Numbered from the stretch's first letter, positions 25,701-38,389 are shown. The stretch is 64,000 nucleotides of DNA from Mustelus asterias (GCF_964213995.1 NC_135812.1:40052001-40116000); one strand, 5' to 3'. Numbers and translations: made by a program. Notes: generated by a model not told the origin, from the letters alone.

Positions 25701-27508
25701 CAGCTGTTCTCCCACTGCCAGCGACGGGAGTGGCCCACCGTACTGTAGGATCACACTCCTCAAGTGGACCATGAAGTTTAGTCCGAGAAGAATTGGCGCG
25801 CAAAGATACGGCAACACAAGGAGCTTGAAACACTCGTAAATTGTGCCTTGTACTTTCAAGGTTACCACGCAACTCCCTAGCACGGCGACAGACCGGGACC
25901 TTGATGCCATAGTTATTGTCTGTTTGGCAGGTTGAATCTGGAGTCCACACCTCTTCACAGTGTCAGGGTGGATAAAGCTCTCAGTGCTCCCGCTGTCAAA
26001 CAGACAATAAAGCACATGATTGTTTACCTGGATGTCCATCATTGAACGATCGAGCCTGTGAGGCCTGGTCCAGGATGATCGATGCCACCGTTGGTTCATG
26101 AACGCCACTGCAGGCAGCTGAAGTCGATGCTGAGGACCCCTGCTGGTCGCTCGTGGTCATCGTCGACCAACATGGCCGCCCCCATGAATCGCACGTGGGT
26201 GAGGGCGCCAAACTCAGCGACCCCTGGTGGTCATAGTCCTCCGACTCCGTCGACCGTAATGGTGTCGTCCTGGAGTCGCACGTGGACGAACCCCGCGAGG
26301 ACTTCGACGACGATGGTGATGATCGCAGCTCCGATGAGTCGCAGGCCGCACTGCCGTTCCTGGGTTTCGATCTGCACGCCTTTGCATAATGCCCTTTTTT
26401 ACCGCATGCGGTGCAGATTACCGCTTTAGCGGGACACTTTTGTCGGGTATGTTTTGCTCCTCCGCAGAAATAGCACCGCGGGCCGCATGGGGCTGCAGCT
26501 GTCGTCTGGCCCAAATGGGAGCACGCCATAACACAGCACTTCGAGCCCGAGGGGCGAGGAGGGATTTGCGACTGCTCCTGCCACGTTGTCTCCACGTGGT
26601 CCTCTGGATATAAGACTAAGCTCTTCGAAGCCGACTCGAGCATTTCAGCTAATTCGATGGCCTGGGTAAGGTTGAGATTACCCTTTTCTAGCAGTTTGAG
26701 ACGGATGTATGATGACCCGATCCCGGCCACAAACGCATCTCGGGCGAGGTCGTACATGCTCTGCTCAGCCGACACAGCTTTGCAGTCACAGCCCCTGGCT
26801 AGCTGTAAGAGCTCATTGGCGTAGTCCTCCATGGTTTCGCCCGACTGCCGACGTCGTGTAGCGAGGAGGTAACGAGCGTGGATCTCGTTAGGAGGTTTTG
26901 TATAGCGCTTCTTTAGAAGCTCGGGGGCCCTAGGGTAAGTGGTGGCCGCACGGATCGCGAGGTAGACAGTGTCGCTTACCCTCGCATGGAGGACCCGGAG
27001 TCTGTCATCATCTGTGGTGACCGCTGCGGAGGCTGCTAGGTAATCTTCGAAACACTTCAGCCAGTGGTCGAAGGTGTTAGAAGCGCCCACCGCACGTGGA
27101 TCTAGCGTCAGACGTTCTGGCTTGAGGATTTGCTCCATACTCTCCTTTCTTTTTTTTCTTCCGTCGAGAGTTTAATTTTAGTTAATAAAATTGATGCACA
27201 TCAATTTGGACACGAGGCTCGAAGCTTCAGTAAAATAAGGCTTTTATTAACTAACAATGAAGCTATCAGAACTTTAACACACTATCCCAGACTGAAGGGG
27301 TCCCGTCAGAGCAGGGACTCTTATATCTCTCCCAGGAGGCGGAGCCCGACTGGGATGTGCCACAACAGTAACAAACACAGGTGTAACAACCCCACCCTAA
27401 CCCAACAGCAACAGTAGTACAATCCAACAGTAACCTATATACATCCCTATAGTACTGGCCAGCCCTGGCTCAGTACTATCCAGTGGGAACCAACGATGGT
27501 TCACCACA
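22769..27508 (-). mobile_element. Full-length Ty3/Gypsy LTR retrotransposon (element 2, sister family of element 1)
   Basis: 317-bp LTRs 22769-23085 and 27192-27508 (4 differences by eye), TSD GCGAG at 22764-22768 and 27509-27513, PPT adjacent to 23085. Confidence 0.97.
23148..27138 (-). pseudogene. gag-pol of element 2; one frameshift near 26060 and a stop at 25185-25187
   Basis: ORFs 25996-27138, 25185-26108 and 23148-25184 with CCHC x2, LFDSGS, YLDN, RNase H and DDE integrase. Confidence 0.93.
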
Positions 27509-27529
27509 GCGAGGCCACAAAATCCCACT

Positions 27530-28561
27530 CTCTATCTCTTCCCTGTACTCCATCTCATCATTGCTTGAGGGGAAGAGGTGGGATCTCAGGGAGTTGGGTG
27601 AGGGGCCAGATACCAGAGAGCAGTGGTGTAGGAGAGGGGGTCAAACCTTTGTGGGGGGGGGGGGGTTGTGGTGGTCAGAGGTCGGGGGGGGGGGGGGGTC
27701 TGGTTGGATCAGGGGGTAAGGTTGGGCCTGCAAGGGGGAGGTCTGGTCAGGTCTGGTCAGTGTCAACCTGGCAGTGCCATCCTGACACCCCGGCACTGCC
27801 CACCAGGCACCAGGCAGTGCTAAGAGGACGAGGCCAGATGGAACAGGGTTTAATGAGGGGACAGGGCCTATTGGGGGCCAATCAACGGTGGTGGGGATGG
27901 ATCCGCTGCCACTCTGCAATAGCATCGGTGAGGAAGGGAATGAGGGAGCTATCAGTGTTGGCCTGGGAGAGGAGGTAATTGGAGCTGGTCATCGGAGGGG
28001 GAGGGTGGAGTTGAGGCTGGCCATTGTGAGGGGTGGTGTTCAGGTCTGCCCATTAGGGAGGTTCAGGGCTGGCTATTGGGAGCAGCTGGGTCTGCCCATC
28101 GGGGGGAGATTGGGCTCACTGGGTTGGGGGGGGGTGGTTGGCCCAGGTGGGGGGCAGATGGCAGGGGTCCGGTAGGCTGGCAATCAGGAGGGGGTCGGGA
28201 AACCAGTGATCGGGTGGGGGAGGCCAGTGATCAGGGAGAAAGGGGACTGGGAAAACATTGGAAGGCCAGCAATTGGGAGGCCAGTGATAGGGGATAGGGG
28301 GAGTGGGGGGGGTGGGGGCAGTGCGCATACGCCAATCTCCCCACTGACAGATCGGCGCATGTGCAATGGCCCACTCAGCGTGCTGATTTGCGCCTCTCGA
28401 GTGAAATGAGGCCACCCCCGTCAACGTACCAGCGTGAATCCCTCTGCATTGCACAGAGTGTTGTCGATTAGTTCAGGTAAGTAATCCCAAAAAACGGGCA
28501 GGAAATTCTCCCATTTTCCCACCTGTTGGGCACTTAGCTTTTTTTGGGAGAATCCCAGCCC
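27530..28561. mobile_element. Harbinger-type MITE-like element, opposite orientation to 15375-16554
   Basis: Right end CACTTAG..GGGAGAATCCCAGCCC; conserved CTGACAGATCGGCGCATGTGCA core. Confidence 0.7.
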
Positions 28562-28629
28562 ATATGTTTTCTTCTTATTTTCAAAATACCATAAAAAAGG
28601 TATAACCTATAGCCAAGTTTTTCCCTGGG

Positions 28630-29550
28630 ATTTGCTTAGCTCAGCAATTAACATCTGCTGTGGTCATAACACCGTGCCAAATGGGATAGCTTTTGAACAG
28701 ACCTGGCAACTCATCACTGGGCATCATGAGGCACTGCAGGCCATCAGCAGCAGAGTTGTAATCAACCACAATCTGTGATCTCCTCAATGTGAAGATGGGG
28801 CTTTTTCTCCACAAGACTGTGGTGATGATGACGCCGACATAGACAGATATATCTGTGACAGGTGGACTGTTGAGGATGATGTCAACTAGGTTTTCCCTGT
28901 TGCTGGTTTCCACGAGCCACATGCCCAGTCTGACATATATATCCTTTAGAACTCAGGCAGCTCAGTCAGTTGTGGTGCTATCGAGACACTCTTGGTGATG
29001 GGCATTGAAATCCTCATCAAAGTACATTCAGTGCCCTGGCTCATGTTTGACCTGATGCCATGAGACTTCATTGCATTTAAAATCAATGTTGAAGACTGCC
29101 AGGGCAACCTTCCCCTGATTGTATACCCCTGTGCTGCCACCTCTGATTGGTCTGTCCTGCCAGTGGGGCATATCAAACCTACAATAATTATTCATATCTC
29201 GGATATTGTATGCAAGATATGATTGATTGTGACTATGTCAGGCTGTTGCTTTTGTAGTCTATGGGACAGCTCTCCCAATTTTGGCACAAGCCCCCAGATG
29301 GTAATAAGAAGGACTTTTCATGGTCAATTGTGCTCTTGGTGTTTCTGGTGGCTAGGTCAATGCTGGGAGGTTTGTTCAGTTTCATTTCTTTTAGACTTGT
29401 AGCAGTTTGATACAACTGAATGGCTTGCTAAGCCATTGCAGAGGTCTCTTAAGAGTCAACCACATTGCTGTGAACCTGGAGTCACATGTAGGCCAGAGCA
29501 GGTAAGATGGCCTACATGTGACTCCAGGTTCCTGAAGGACATTAGTGAAC
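28630..29550. mobile_element. Rearranged CR1/L2-like LINE endonuclease-region debris
   Basis: HRAKWDS and RPSAAEL-like segments on +, NRENLVDIILN on -. Confidence 0.6.
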
Positions 29551-29559
29551 TGAAAGGAA

Positions 29560-30434
29560 TGCTAATGTGTACTGTATCCATCTCAATTCAGACACTATAA
29601 AGGGATCAGGTATCAACTGCAATGGCAAACTTCTTGAATATACAAAATTTTTACAGGAAAATCTTTTTATTGTAAATGTGGTGTTCATCGGTCTTGTCAT
29701 TTCCTTTCAGGGAGCAATGGCTGTTATTTTCTGAAGGTGGTTGCCACGCACAGCCAAAAATCTAAAGGTGGTTGCCACTCACAGCCTCCCTTGTTATATC
29801 TCCCTCAGTTTGGCCTCAAGATCTATCTGAAAGAAGAATTGTCTTTCCTCCTCCCAGGCACTGGCAGGCTGCTTGCAGCTTTATCTTCCCAAAATGTACA
29901 GCGCTAAAAGATAATCAAAAAAATAAGCCCATATGTCTCTTTAAGTAGCTGCAATTGCACATTTTAGCTCCTGCCAAGGAAATGCTGTCTCTGTACCAGA
30001 AATGAGGGGATCTTTGATAACCCAGGGAGGTGCCTTCTCCACAGTGGAAACAGATTATGTCTGCCCAAAACTGGCACATCTGTCAAGAAAGCTAGCAGCC
30101 TTTTGCCAGCTTTTGGTTACTGATAACCTGCTTCTGAACTTTCACTCTATAACTCTATTGTGTGTTGTTTCTCAGAAATATCAATATATTTCAATGTTAG
30201 CACTCCCATTATGGGGTGAGTGAACTTGGAATCCTATGGACTATACCCTTTGGCCAATACCCAATGCATTGCATTTGGTCCATATTATGATCCATTAATA
30301 GATTTTTAAGAAATAATAGAGGCTAACATTTCAGTTCCATAGCAAGATAGTACTGCATTACCAGACATAATGGGCTAAAATGTGATTTGATCTGTTAGTG
30401 GGCAAAAGGCATGACTGCTCCTTGTCCCATCAAA
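29560..30434 (+). pseudogene. Putative viral nucleocapsid (N) gene relic
   Basis: LKEELSFLLPGTGRLLAA..ISPYVSL (frameshift) LAPAKEMLSLYQK*GD..QIMSAQ (frameshift) LAHLSRKLAAF, loosely matching the paramyxovirus N core around LMxLYxxxG. Confidence 0.35.
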
Positions 30435-32085
30435 ATGATTTGATTTGATTTGATTTATTATTGTCACATGTATTAGTTTACAGTGAAAAACATTGTTTCT
30501 TGCATGCTATACAGACAAAGTATACCGTACAGAGAGAAGGAAAGATTCATAGAATCATAGAATCCCTACAGTGCAGAAGGAGACCATTCGACCCATCGAG
30601 TCTGCACTGACCACAATCCCACTCAGCCCCTAAACCCACAGCTCTACAAATTTAACCTGCTAGTCCACTGACACTAAGTGACAATTTAGAATGGCCAAAC
30701 AACCTAACCTGGACATCTTTGGACTGTGGGAGGAAGCCAGAGCAACCGGAGGAAACCCACGCAGACATGGGGAGAATGTGCAAACTCCACACAGTGACCC
30801 AAGCCAGGAATCAAACCCGGGTCCCTGGCGCTGTGAGGCAGCAGTGCTAATCACTATGCCACCCTGCCGCCCTTAATTAAAGAGTGCAGAATGTAGTGTT
30901 ACAGTCATAGCTAGGGTGTAGAGAAAGATCAACTTAATGCGAGGTAGGTCCGTTCAAAAGTCTGATGGCAGCAGTGAAGAAGCTGTTCTTGAGTCGGTTG
31001 GTACGTGTCTTCAGATTTTTGTATCTTTTTCCTGAGGGAAGAAGGTGGAAGGGAGTATGTCCGGGGTGCATGGGATCCTTAATTATGCTGGCTGCTTTTC
31101 CGAGGCAGCAGGAAGTGTAGACAGTGTCAATGGAGGCTGGTTTGAGTGATGAACTGGGCTTCGTTCACAACCTTTTGTAGTTTCTTGCAGTCTTGGACAG
31201 AGCAGGAGCCATACCAGAAGGAGTTCTTTCCATGGCGCATCTGTAAAAGTTGGAGAGAGTCGCAGTAGACATTCCAAATTTCCTTAGCCTTCTGAGAAAT
31301 TAAGGCGTTGGTGGGCTTTCTTAATTATAGCATCGGCATGGAGGGACCAAGGCAGGTTATTGGTGATCTAGACACTTAAAATTTGAAGCTCTCAACCATT
31401 TCTACTTCGTCCCCATTGATGTAAACAGGGGCATGCACTCCACTACGCTTCCTGAAGTCGATGAATATCTCCTTCGTTTTTGTTGACATTGAGGGAGAGA
31501 TTGTTGCACCAGTTTACCAGATTCCCTATCTCTTTCAAGTACTCCATCTCGTCATTGTTTGAGATGCGACCCACAATGGTGGTGTAATCAGCTAACTTGA
31601 AAATCGAGTTGGAGGGAAATTTGGCCACACAGTCATAGGTGTATAAGGAGTATAGTAAGTGGCTGAGGTCACAGCCTTGTGGGGCACGGGTATTCAGGAT
31701 GATTGTGGAGGAGGTGTTGTTGCCTATCTTTACTGATTGCGGTCAGTGGGTTAGGAAGTTCAGGATCCAATTGGAGAGGGAGGAGCAGGGTTCCAGGCCA
31801 CAGAGTTTGGAGATGAGTTTCATGGTGTTGAAGGCTGAGCTGTAGTCGATAAATAGGAGTCTGACATAGGTGTCTTTGTTATCTAGGTGTTCCAGAGTTG
31901 AGCGCAGAGCCAGGGAGATGGCGTCTGCTTGGACCTGTTGCAGCGGTAGGCGCACTATAGTTAATCCAGGCAATCTGGGAGGTCGGAATTGATTCGTGCC
32001 ATGACTAACCTTTCGAAGCACTTCATAATGATGGATGTCGGAGCTACCGGACGATAGTCATTAAGGCACACTGCCTGGCTTTTGA
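30435..32085 (-). mobile_element. Rex1/Babar-like LINE, RT 3' part
   Basis: DAISLALRSTLEHLDNKDTYVRLLFIDYSSAFNT and FKLADYTTIVGRISNNDE; GATTT repeat tail. Confidence 0.9.
30546..30872 (-). mobile_element. HE1-like SINE inserted in Rex1
   Basis: Reverse complement of the 14345 SINE family. Confidence 0.9.
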
Positions 32086-32463
32086 GACAAGTAACATGCA
32101 AACCTTTTGCTGCCTGTACATCTTAATGACTTTCCAGTGTTCAGTCCAGTGTAAAACAGGCTGCTGACTGGATGCACACTCCTCAACAATCTAAAGAACA
32201 AAGAGGCTGGCATTACATACAGCTGGCCTGCACTTTTTATAAGGAGCAGGAGGTGGAACTGGGTTTGGTTGACAAGTTGAGGGACCAGATTTTATCTGCT
32301 CCTCTGATATCATTGTTGTGGATCTTAACTTGGGTTGTCCTTCTTCAGGATCAATAGATGTGAGCATCCGGGATGAAAAGCTTTCTGACTTACTGCAAAA
32401 CAAAGATGATCTTGCTTTTTAAATCATGCGGTCCAGTAGTCCAGGCTTAGAGAATTCAACTCT

Positions 32464-33620
32464 GGGCAGCACGGTGGCAATTTTGGCCTTGGGTGACTGT
32501 CTTTGTAGAGTTTGCATGGTCTCCCTGTGTCTGCATGGGTTTCCTCCAGTTGCACCGGTTTCCTCCCGCAGTCCAAAGATGTGTAGGTTAGGTTGATTGA
32601 CCATGCTAAATTGCCACTTAGTATCCCAGTATGTGTAGGTTAGGGGGATTAGCGGGGTAAATATGTGGGGATTGAAGTAGGCCATTTTCCAAAAGCCATA
32701 TTTTTATTATCTCATCAATATTCACCTCATTAAACATATTCATTTATTGGACTGATTGGCACCATTCATAACGTGCTCACAATGCAGAGGGGAACACCCG
32801 AATGGACATTCGTTTAAATCCCCCTCTGAACAGCTGAGAGACCTTTAATTTCAAAGCCGACAAAAGATCCTTATTCTGTCCAGCAACAACACGAAGCTGC
32901 ATTTTAAACCGGCCTTTGGCCAGAAGATCGGGATATCTGCGAGTCAAGACCTGGAGTGGGTTATATGGCATAACCGGACTGTCAATAAAATATTACAGGA
33001 ATAAAATGGCCAAGGCAGGCAGAGAAACTTAATAAACTAGGATAAAAAGAATAAAAGATTAGATTAAATCCCCCTACACACAGCAGGACAAAATGACATT
33101 AACACCTAATCTCGCAAGCATAGAATACAGACACAAAACAGTAGATGTCGATTTAGATAAGGGGACACATCGAGAGGATAATGGGAAACACGTTAAAACA
33201 CCGGGGCAAGAACAGGCAGTCCCATTAACACGGACACACACCATACAGATGCAAATTGACAAGCCTCCCAGGGAACTTCCTGACCAGACAGGCCACTTTA
33301 TAAGTATTGTAAAAATGTATGAGCAAATGTTCCCGCTCGAATTTGGATCCCTATAAATATCCAGAGCAAATGTATAACCATTGAGATCAACGTGGCCAAG
33401 CACTGTTTCTAAGCTGGCTGCAGGGGTCTCCCTGGGTACCCAGTAATTGTACAATAAAGAAAAACGCTTTGAACATTGCCTTGCGACTCGACCTCTTGAA
33501 TGCACTGGTACAAGGGATTTTTCCCTACAACAGGATACAGGGATAGGGCCTGGGTAGGATGCTTCTATTGAACAGTCGGAGCAGACTCGATGGGCCAAAT
33601 AGCCTCATTCTGCGAATTCT
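32464..33620 (+). mobile_element. HE1-like SINE split by a solo LTR
   Basis: SINE head and body to 32672, tail resumes at 33533. Confidence 0.85.
32673..33532 (+). mobile_element. Solo LTR, 860 bp
   Basis: TGAAGTAGG...CCTACAACA ends, TSD GGAT at 32669-32672 and 33533-33536, TATAAATA near 33352, AATAAA near 33453. Confidence 0.88.
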
Positions 33621-33963
33621 GTGAAACTGGGCTATCATTTGGCATGACACCCCAAGGTTTCATGAGTCCATTTCATGGGGAGTGGCCCCACCTATAAGAA
33701 AGCCTCCCAAACCAGGCAGAAGGTTAGGAAGCTCCTTACTGGCAGCCACTTTGAGCTGCTTGCATTGTGATGTGAAAAACCAACATTGCTGCCAAGACTG
33801 CCCAGCAGGTAACACTGGATGCTTCCGGAGCAGCAAAACTGGATATTTCAATTGTTTCTGCAAATCCAACAACTTTAATTGAGGTAGAAGGCAGAAAAGT
33901 ATTTATGAAACATTCCATCCTAAGATTGAAGACAAAATTACAGAGTTCCTCAGATAAATTCTA

Positions 33964-34296
33964 GGGTGGCACGGTGGCACAATGGTTAGCACTGCTGCCT
34001 TACAGAGCCAGGGACCCGGGTTCAATTCCGGCCTCGCGTCACTGTCTGTGTGGAGTTTGCACATTCTCCCCGTGTCTGTGCGCGTTTCCTCCGGGTGCTC
34101 TGGTTTGCTCTAACAGTCCAAAGATGTGCAGGTTAGGTTGATTGGTCATGCTAAATTAACCCTTGTGTCATGGGGATTAGCAGGGTAAATATGAAGGGTT
34201 ACGGGAATAGGGACTGGGTGGGATTGTGGTCAGTGCAGACTCGATGGGCCGAATGGCCTCCTTCTGAACTGTCGGGATTCTACGAGGATTCTATGA
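33964..34296 (+). mobile_element. HE1-like SINE
   Basis: A and B boxes and a CR1-like tail. Confidence 0.9.
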
Positions 34297-35100
34297 AGTT
34301 GATAGTCTTAGTCCAGACTAATGGTCAGTTATAGTGCAAGTTGAAGACTTCAATTCCACCTATAAAATTACTGTTAACAGACTAGCAGATGATTTCGACT
34401 GGCTTCAGACAATACGCCTTCATCCATCAGACATCACATTACAAGGTCCAGATAGCACAGACTTCCACGTAAAGGCAGGATTATTGTTCTTCTTTATTAC
34501 AAGGGGCAACAGATCATTGATTGTCTCTATGTTCTCCACAATCAACATATATCCTTATTGAGTTGCAATGTTGGCATGCTTCGTGGAATTCTGAAAAAAA
34601 CAGAAGATGCCCAGCATTTGAATGACTTGTCTCTCATGAAACAATCTTCAACCAATTTTTTAAAACCAGTGGAACTTCAGCCTTCAGCAGCTGAGATGGT
34701 TTATTCAATCAGCAGCAAGTTCTTTTCTTTCAGAGATACCATGCACGAGACTCTGGCAGAAATTGAAGTTATGAATCTTTCAGTTCTTCATGAATTTAGG
34801 CCAAGGGTGATGAATACTGAAAGCTTTTCAGCAGATGGTAACCATCCGCATGAAGACCTGCTGGATCTGAGTTGGCTCTTTCCAGAAGAAAATGATGAAG
34901 AAAAGGCTACTGTAACACTGAGTGATCTGTTAGAGGATGAAGTCCTGGAGATTGATCTGTCTTTCAAACTGATGGATGCATCATATGAAGTTTCTGCTGT
35001 TTTTGAGAGAGAGTGCCTTGCCTGAGTCCACTTCAGAGTCCAAGGAGGATCATGCTGCCATGCTGGTGGCTTTCAGGGGTGAAAGTCAAGTGATAAGTGA

Positions 35101-36036
35101 GTTATTAATGACCTGGATGAAGGCGTAGAAGGATGGATTAGTAAATTTGCGGATGACACTAAAGTCAGTGGAGTTGTAGACAGTGCGGAGGGAAGTGGCA
35201 GGTTACAGAGGGACATAGATAAGCTGCAGAGCTGGGCTGAGAGGTGGAAAATGAAGTTTAATGCGGAAAAGTGTGAGGTGATTCACTTTGGAAGGAGTAA
35301 CTCAGAGTAACCGGGCTAATGGAAAGATACTTGGTAGTGTGGATGAACAGAGTGATCTGGGTGTCCATGTGCATAGATCCCTGAAAGTTGGCACCCAGGT
35401 TGATAGGGTTGTTAAGAAGGCAAATGGTGTGTTAGCTTTTATTGGTAGAGGGATTGAGTTTCGGAGCCATGAGGTCATGCTGCAACTGTACAAAACTCTG
35501 GTGCGGCCGCACTTGGAGTATTGCGTACAGTTCTGGTCGCCGCATTATAGGAAAGATGTGGAAGCGTTGGAAAGGGTACAGAGGAGATTTACCAGGATGT
35601 TGCCTGGTATGGTGGGAAGATTGTATGAGGAAAGGCTGAGGGACTTGAGGTTGTTTTCGTTAGAGAGAAGGTTAAGAGGTGACTTAACAGAGGCATACAA
35701 GATGATGAGAGGATTAGATAAGGTGGATAGTGAGAGCCTTTTTCCTCCGATGGTGATGGCTAACATGAGGGGACGTAGCTTTAAATTGAGGAGTGAGAGA
35801 TATAGGACAGATGTTAGAGGTAAGTTCTTTACTTAGAGAGGAGTAAGGGCGTGGAATGCCCTGCCTGCAGCAGTAGTGGACTCATCAAAATTAAGAGCAT
35901 TCAAATGGTTATTGGATAAACATATGGATGATATTGGAATAGTGTAGATTAGAGGGGCTTTAGATGGGTTTCACTGGTCGGCGCAACATCGAGGGCCGAA
36001 GGGCCTGTACTGCGCTGTAATGTTGTATGTTCTATG
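35101..36036 (+). mobile_element. 5'-truncated CR1 LINE
   Basis: INDLDEG..KFADDTK, LEYCVQFWSPHY, tail ATGTTCTATG. Confidence 0.93.
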
Positions 36037-37189
36037 ATACCTTTACTTCAATCCAAGATGAAAGTCTTCTTCTGGCCAGAGCTGAATGTCAGCACAGAAG
36101 AGGCAGCAAAATCTTTTGCACTTCTGAAGCTGCAGAGTCCTGTACAGCAATCTTGTCTCTGAGTTAATTATCTACAGGAAATTTGTTTCATTATACAAAA
36201 TGAGGCTGCCTTGTCTCCATACCCTCAGCAATTCTTCCCATTACCCAGAGCGAAGCAACCTCACACAGAGAGAAATGAGACTCTCTTACCACTGCCTACG
36301 GAAAGTAAACTGTCCTCCTGAAATATTATTGGGAAATAATTTATTTATCTTTTCTTTACTTTGAAAGGTTAATTGGAATTTTGTGGGGTTTTTTGTTGCT
36401 TAAATTCATTGAAGTCTTGGATTTCAATCTCATTTCAGTCTTTGATGTGTCAGTGAATGGTTACAGCTTTGACAGTCTTCCTTGGAGTTGAAGGTCATTT
36501 CTTTTCTGAAGGTCCTTTCCTCTGTGCTTTGAGGGAAGAACAAGTTTTGCAGAGTATCCTTAGTTATTTTCTTCTAGTCCCAGAGAATCCGAAGCTTGAT
36601 GTCCTTCAGTTTTCTCTCTAAGATCAGTCTTTCAGTGAAAAGAAATCATTGTCTTTGCAAATCAGTCACCCCAAAACCTACATTCTGCTCACCAGCAATT
36701 GCTGCCCTATTCTGCAGATGTTGATTTCTGCCCAAGTGCAGAAGAAAATCTGCATGTCTCTAAGATATCATCTCTAGAGGCTGAGAATTCTGTGGGAGAT
36801 TGAATCCCACACAACTGTGACTTGGGGAACAGGAAGAGCAGAGTTGCAGCTGGGTAGAATCTGTAGTTGTAAAATGGGAGTCACAGAAATGTAAATAGTT
36901 AATGGCATCGATTAATATCATTGTTGAAAATTGGATAGTTTTCTTGGGGGGAAGTGGTAGGCTTAACAGATGGAATATGATAACGTATGACATAGATGAT
37001 GACTGACATCAATCTGCAAGCTGTTAGACGAGAGAGAAAGAGAGGAAGAGACTTTGGAACACTGCCTGGGAGCAACATGCCTATTCTCTAACTCAGGGTT
37101 TCCCAACTTTTTCAGTGATCTCCAAAGAGCATCAGGGAACCCCAAACATTCTCATTAATGTTGATACCTCTTTTATGACGCAAAATAGG

Positions 37190-38387
37190 TGCAAATACAA
37201 AAAGCTCTGACTTAAGTACACCACAATCACAGCTTACAACCAATCTATATAACTCATTTATGAAGGAGTCTGAGTTGCCTGGGCTTTTGAACCCTCTTCT
37301 TAATTTTGCTTGCCTCAAAACGTTGTTGCTTCTTAGGTTAAAGTAGATGTCAAAGGATTTCATCAGCTCTTCAAAGTTATCAGAAGATTCATTTATTCTT
37401 TATCTGGCATAATGTTGTCAGTTGTTAGACCTACTGAATATAATAGTGTACTCACTTGTTCAGGCTCTGTTTTCATATTGAAACCTGATTCTATCATACA
37501 TCTTAAAAATCTTTTTCTCTGTAATATTCAATTCTACACCTGGTCTATCTGTTCCATCTGCCTTCATTGGTCTGGCAATGTTGATTTACTATACATATTT
37601 GATTTTAGCACAGGAAAATACAAATTTCTTCAATCACTTATTTTTCTTCCCAAATTTGTCTGGATTTGATGCAGTTGTGAAGCCATTTTAATTTTAGTGA
37701 TTCTGAAGAAAATCATTTGAACAAATCATTTTGGCCAGCTAATTTCCTAAATGCAGAGAATTGAAATTAAGCCAATTATTTGTTCTGACCACTCTTCAAT
37801 TTTTTTTTCGATTACATGTAGTCGCTATTTGTCATGGTGCTGACTCTGAATCCAGGCTGCAGCATTCTTCAAGCGTCTTTAAACAGTCAGTCTGTCTGTG
37901 CTTCCTGATTATTGTGCAAATTTTGAAATCTTATTTCAGCATTTCTTAAGTTTGCTCACCCTTTTGTGATCTCGCTAGGTCCTTTGACTCGGCTTTTCAT
38001 CAGGTTTTGCAATGGACCTCTGTGTGCTCTGGTGAAATCCTCTTACACTGCACAAATGGACTTCTGCCCTTCAACCTCCATAGGAACAGAGCTCTGAATT
38101 TGTTGTCTTCAAGGTAGGTATATTTCTCTTAAGTCCGACTGCAGTTTCTTTACTTGTTCATAGAGATTTGGGAGTCCTTCACCTGCTGCCACCTTACTGT
38201 AAGGTTGTTTGTTGTCTCATGAAGCAGTCTAGAGGCTTGTATGGCTGAACAATAACTTTATTGATAACACAACTATATACAGAGATATATATAACCAGAG
38301 TCACTACTACACTCTGCTGCTCTCATGTGACTCTCTACATCACAATGTGGGCAGTTCGCTTCCCCAATCCCACATTAACCTTTACAG
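37190..38387 (-). mobile_element. Degraded Gypsy 5' end (short LTR plus gag fragment)
   Basis: EQVSTLLYSVG and NFEELMKSFDIYFNLRSN..DSFINELYRLVVSCDCGVLKSEL gag-like segments; LTR-like piece at about 38250-38387. Confidence 0.7.
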
Positions 38388-38389
38388 TC

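Larger units (their letters stand above)
33620..37190 (+). pseudogene. Unassigned decayed intronless coding-like region, interrupted by a SINE and a CR1
   Basis: Overlapping ORFs 34334-34561 and 34558-35025 (acidic, DLLDLSWLFPEENDEEK) in non-repeat DNA; family not recognised. Confidence 0.35.
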
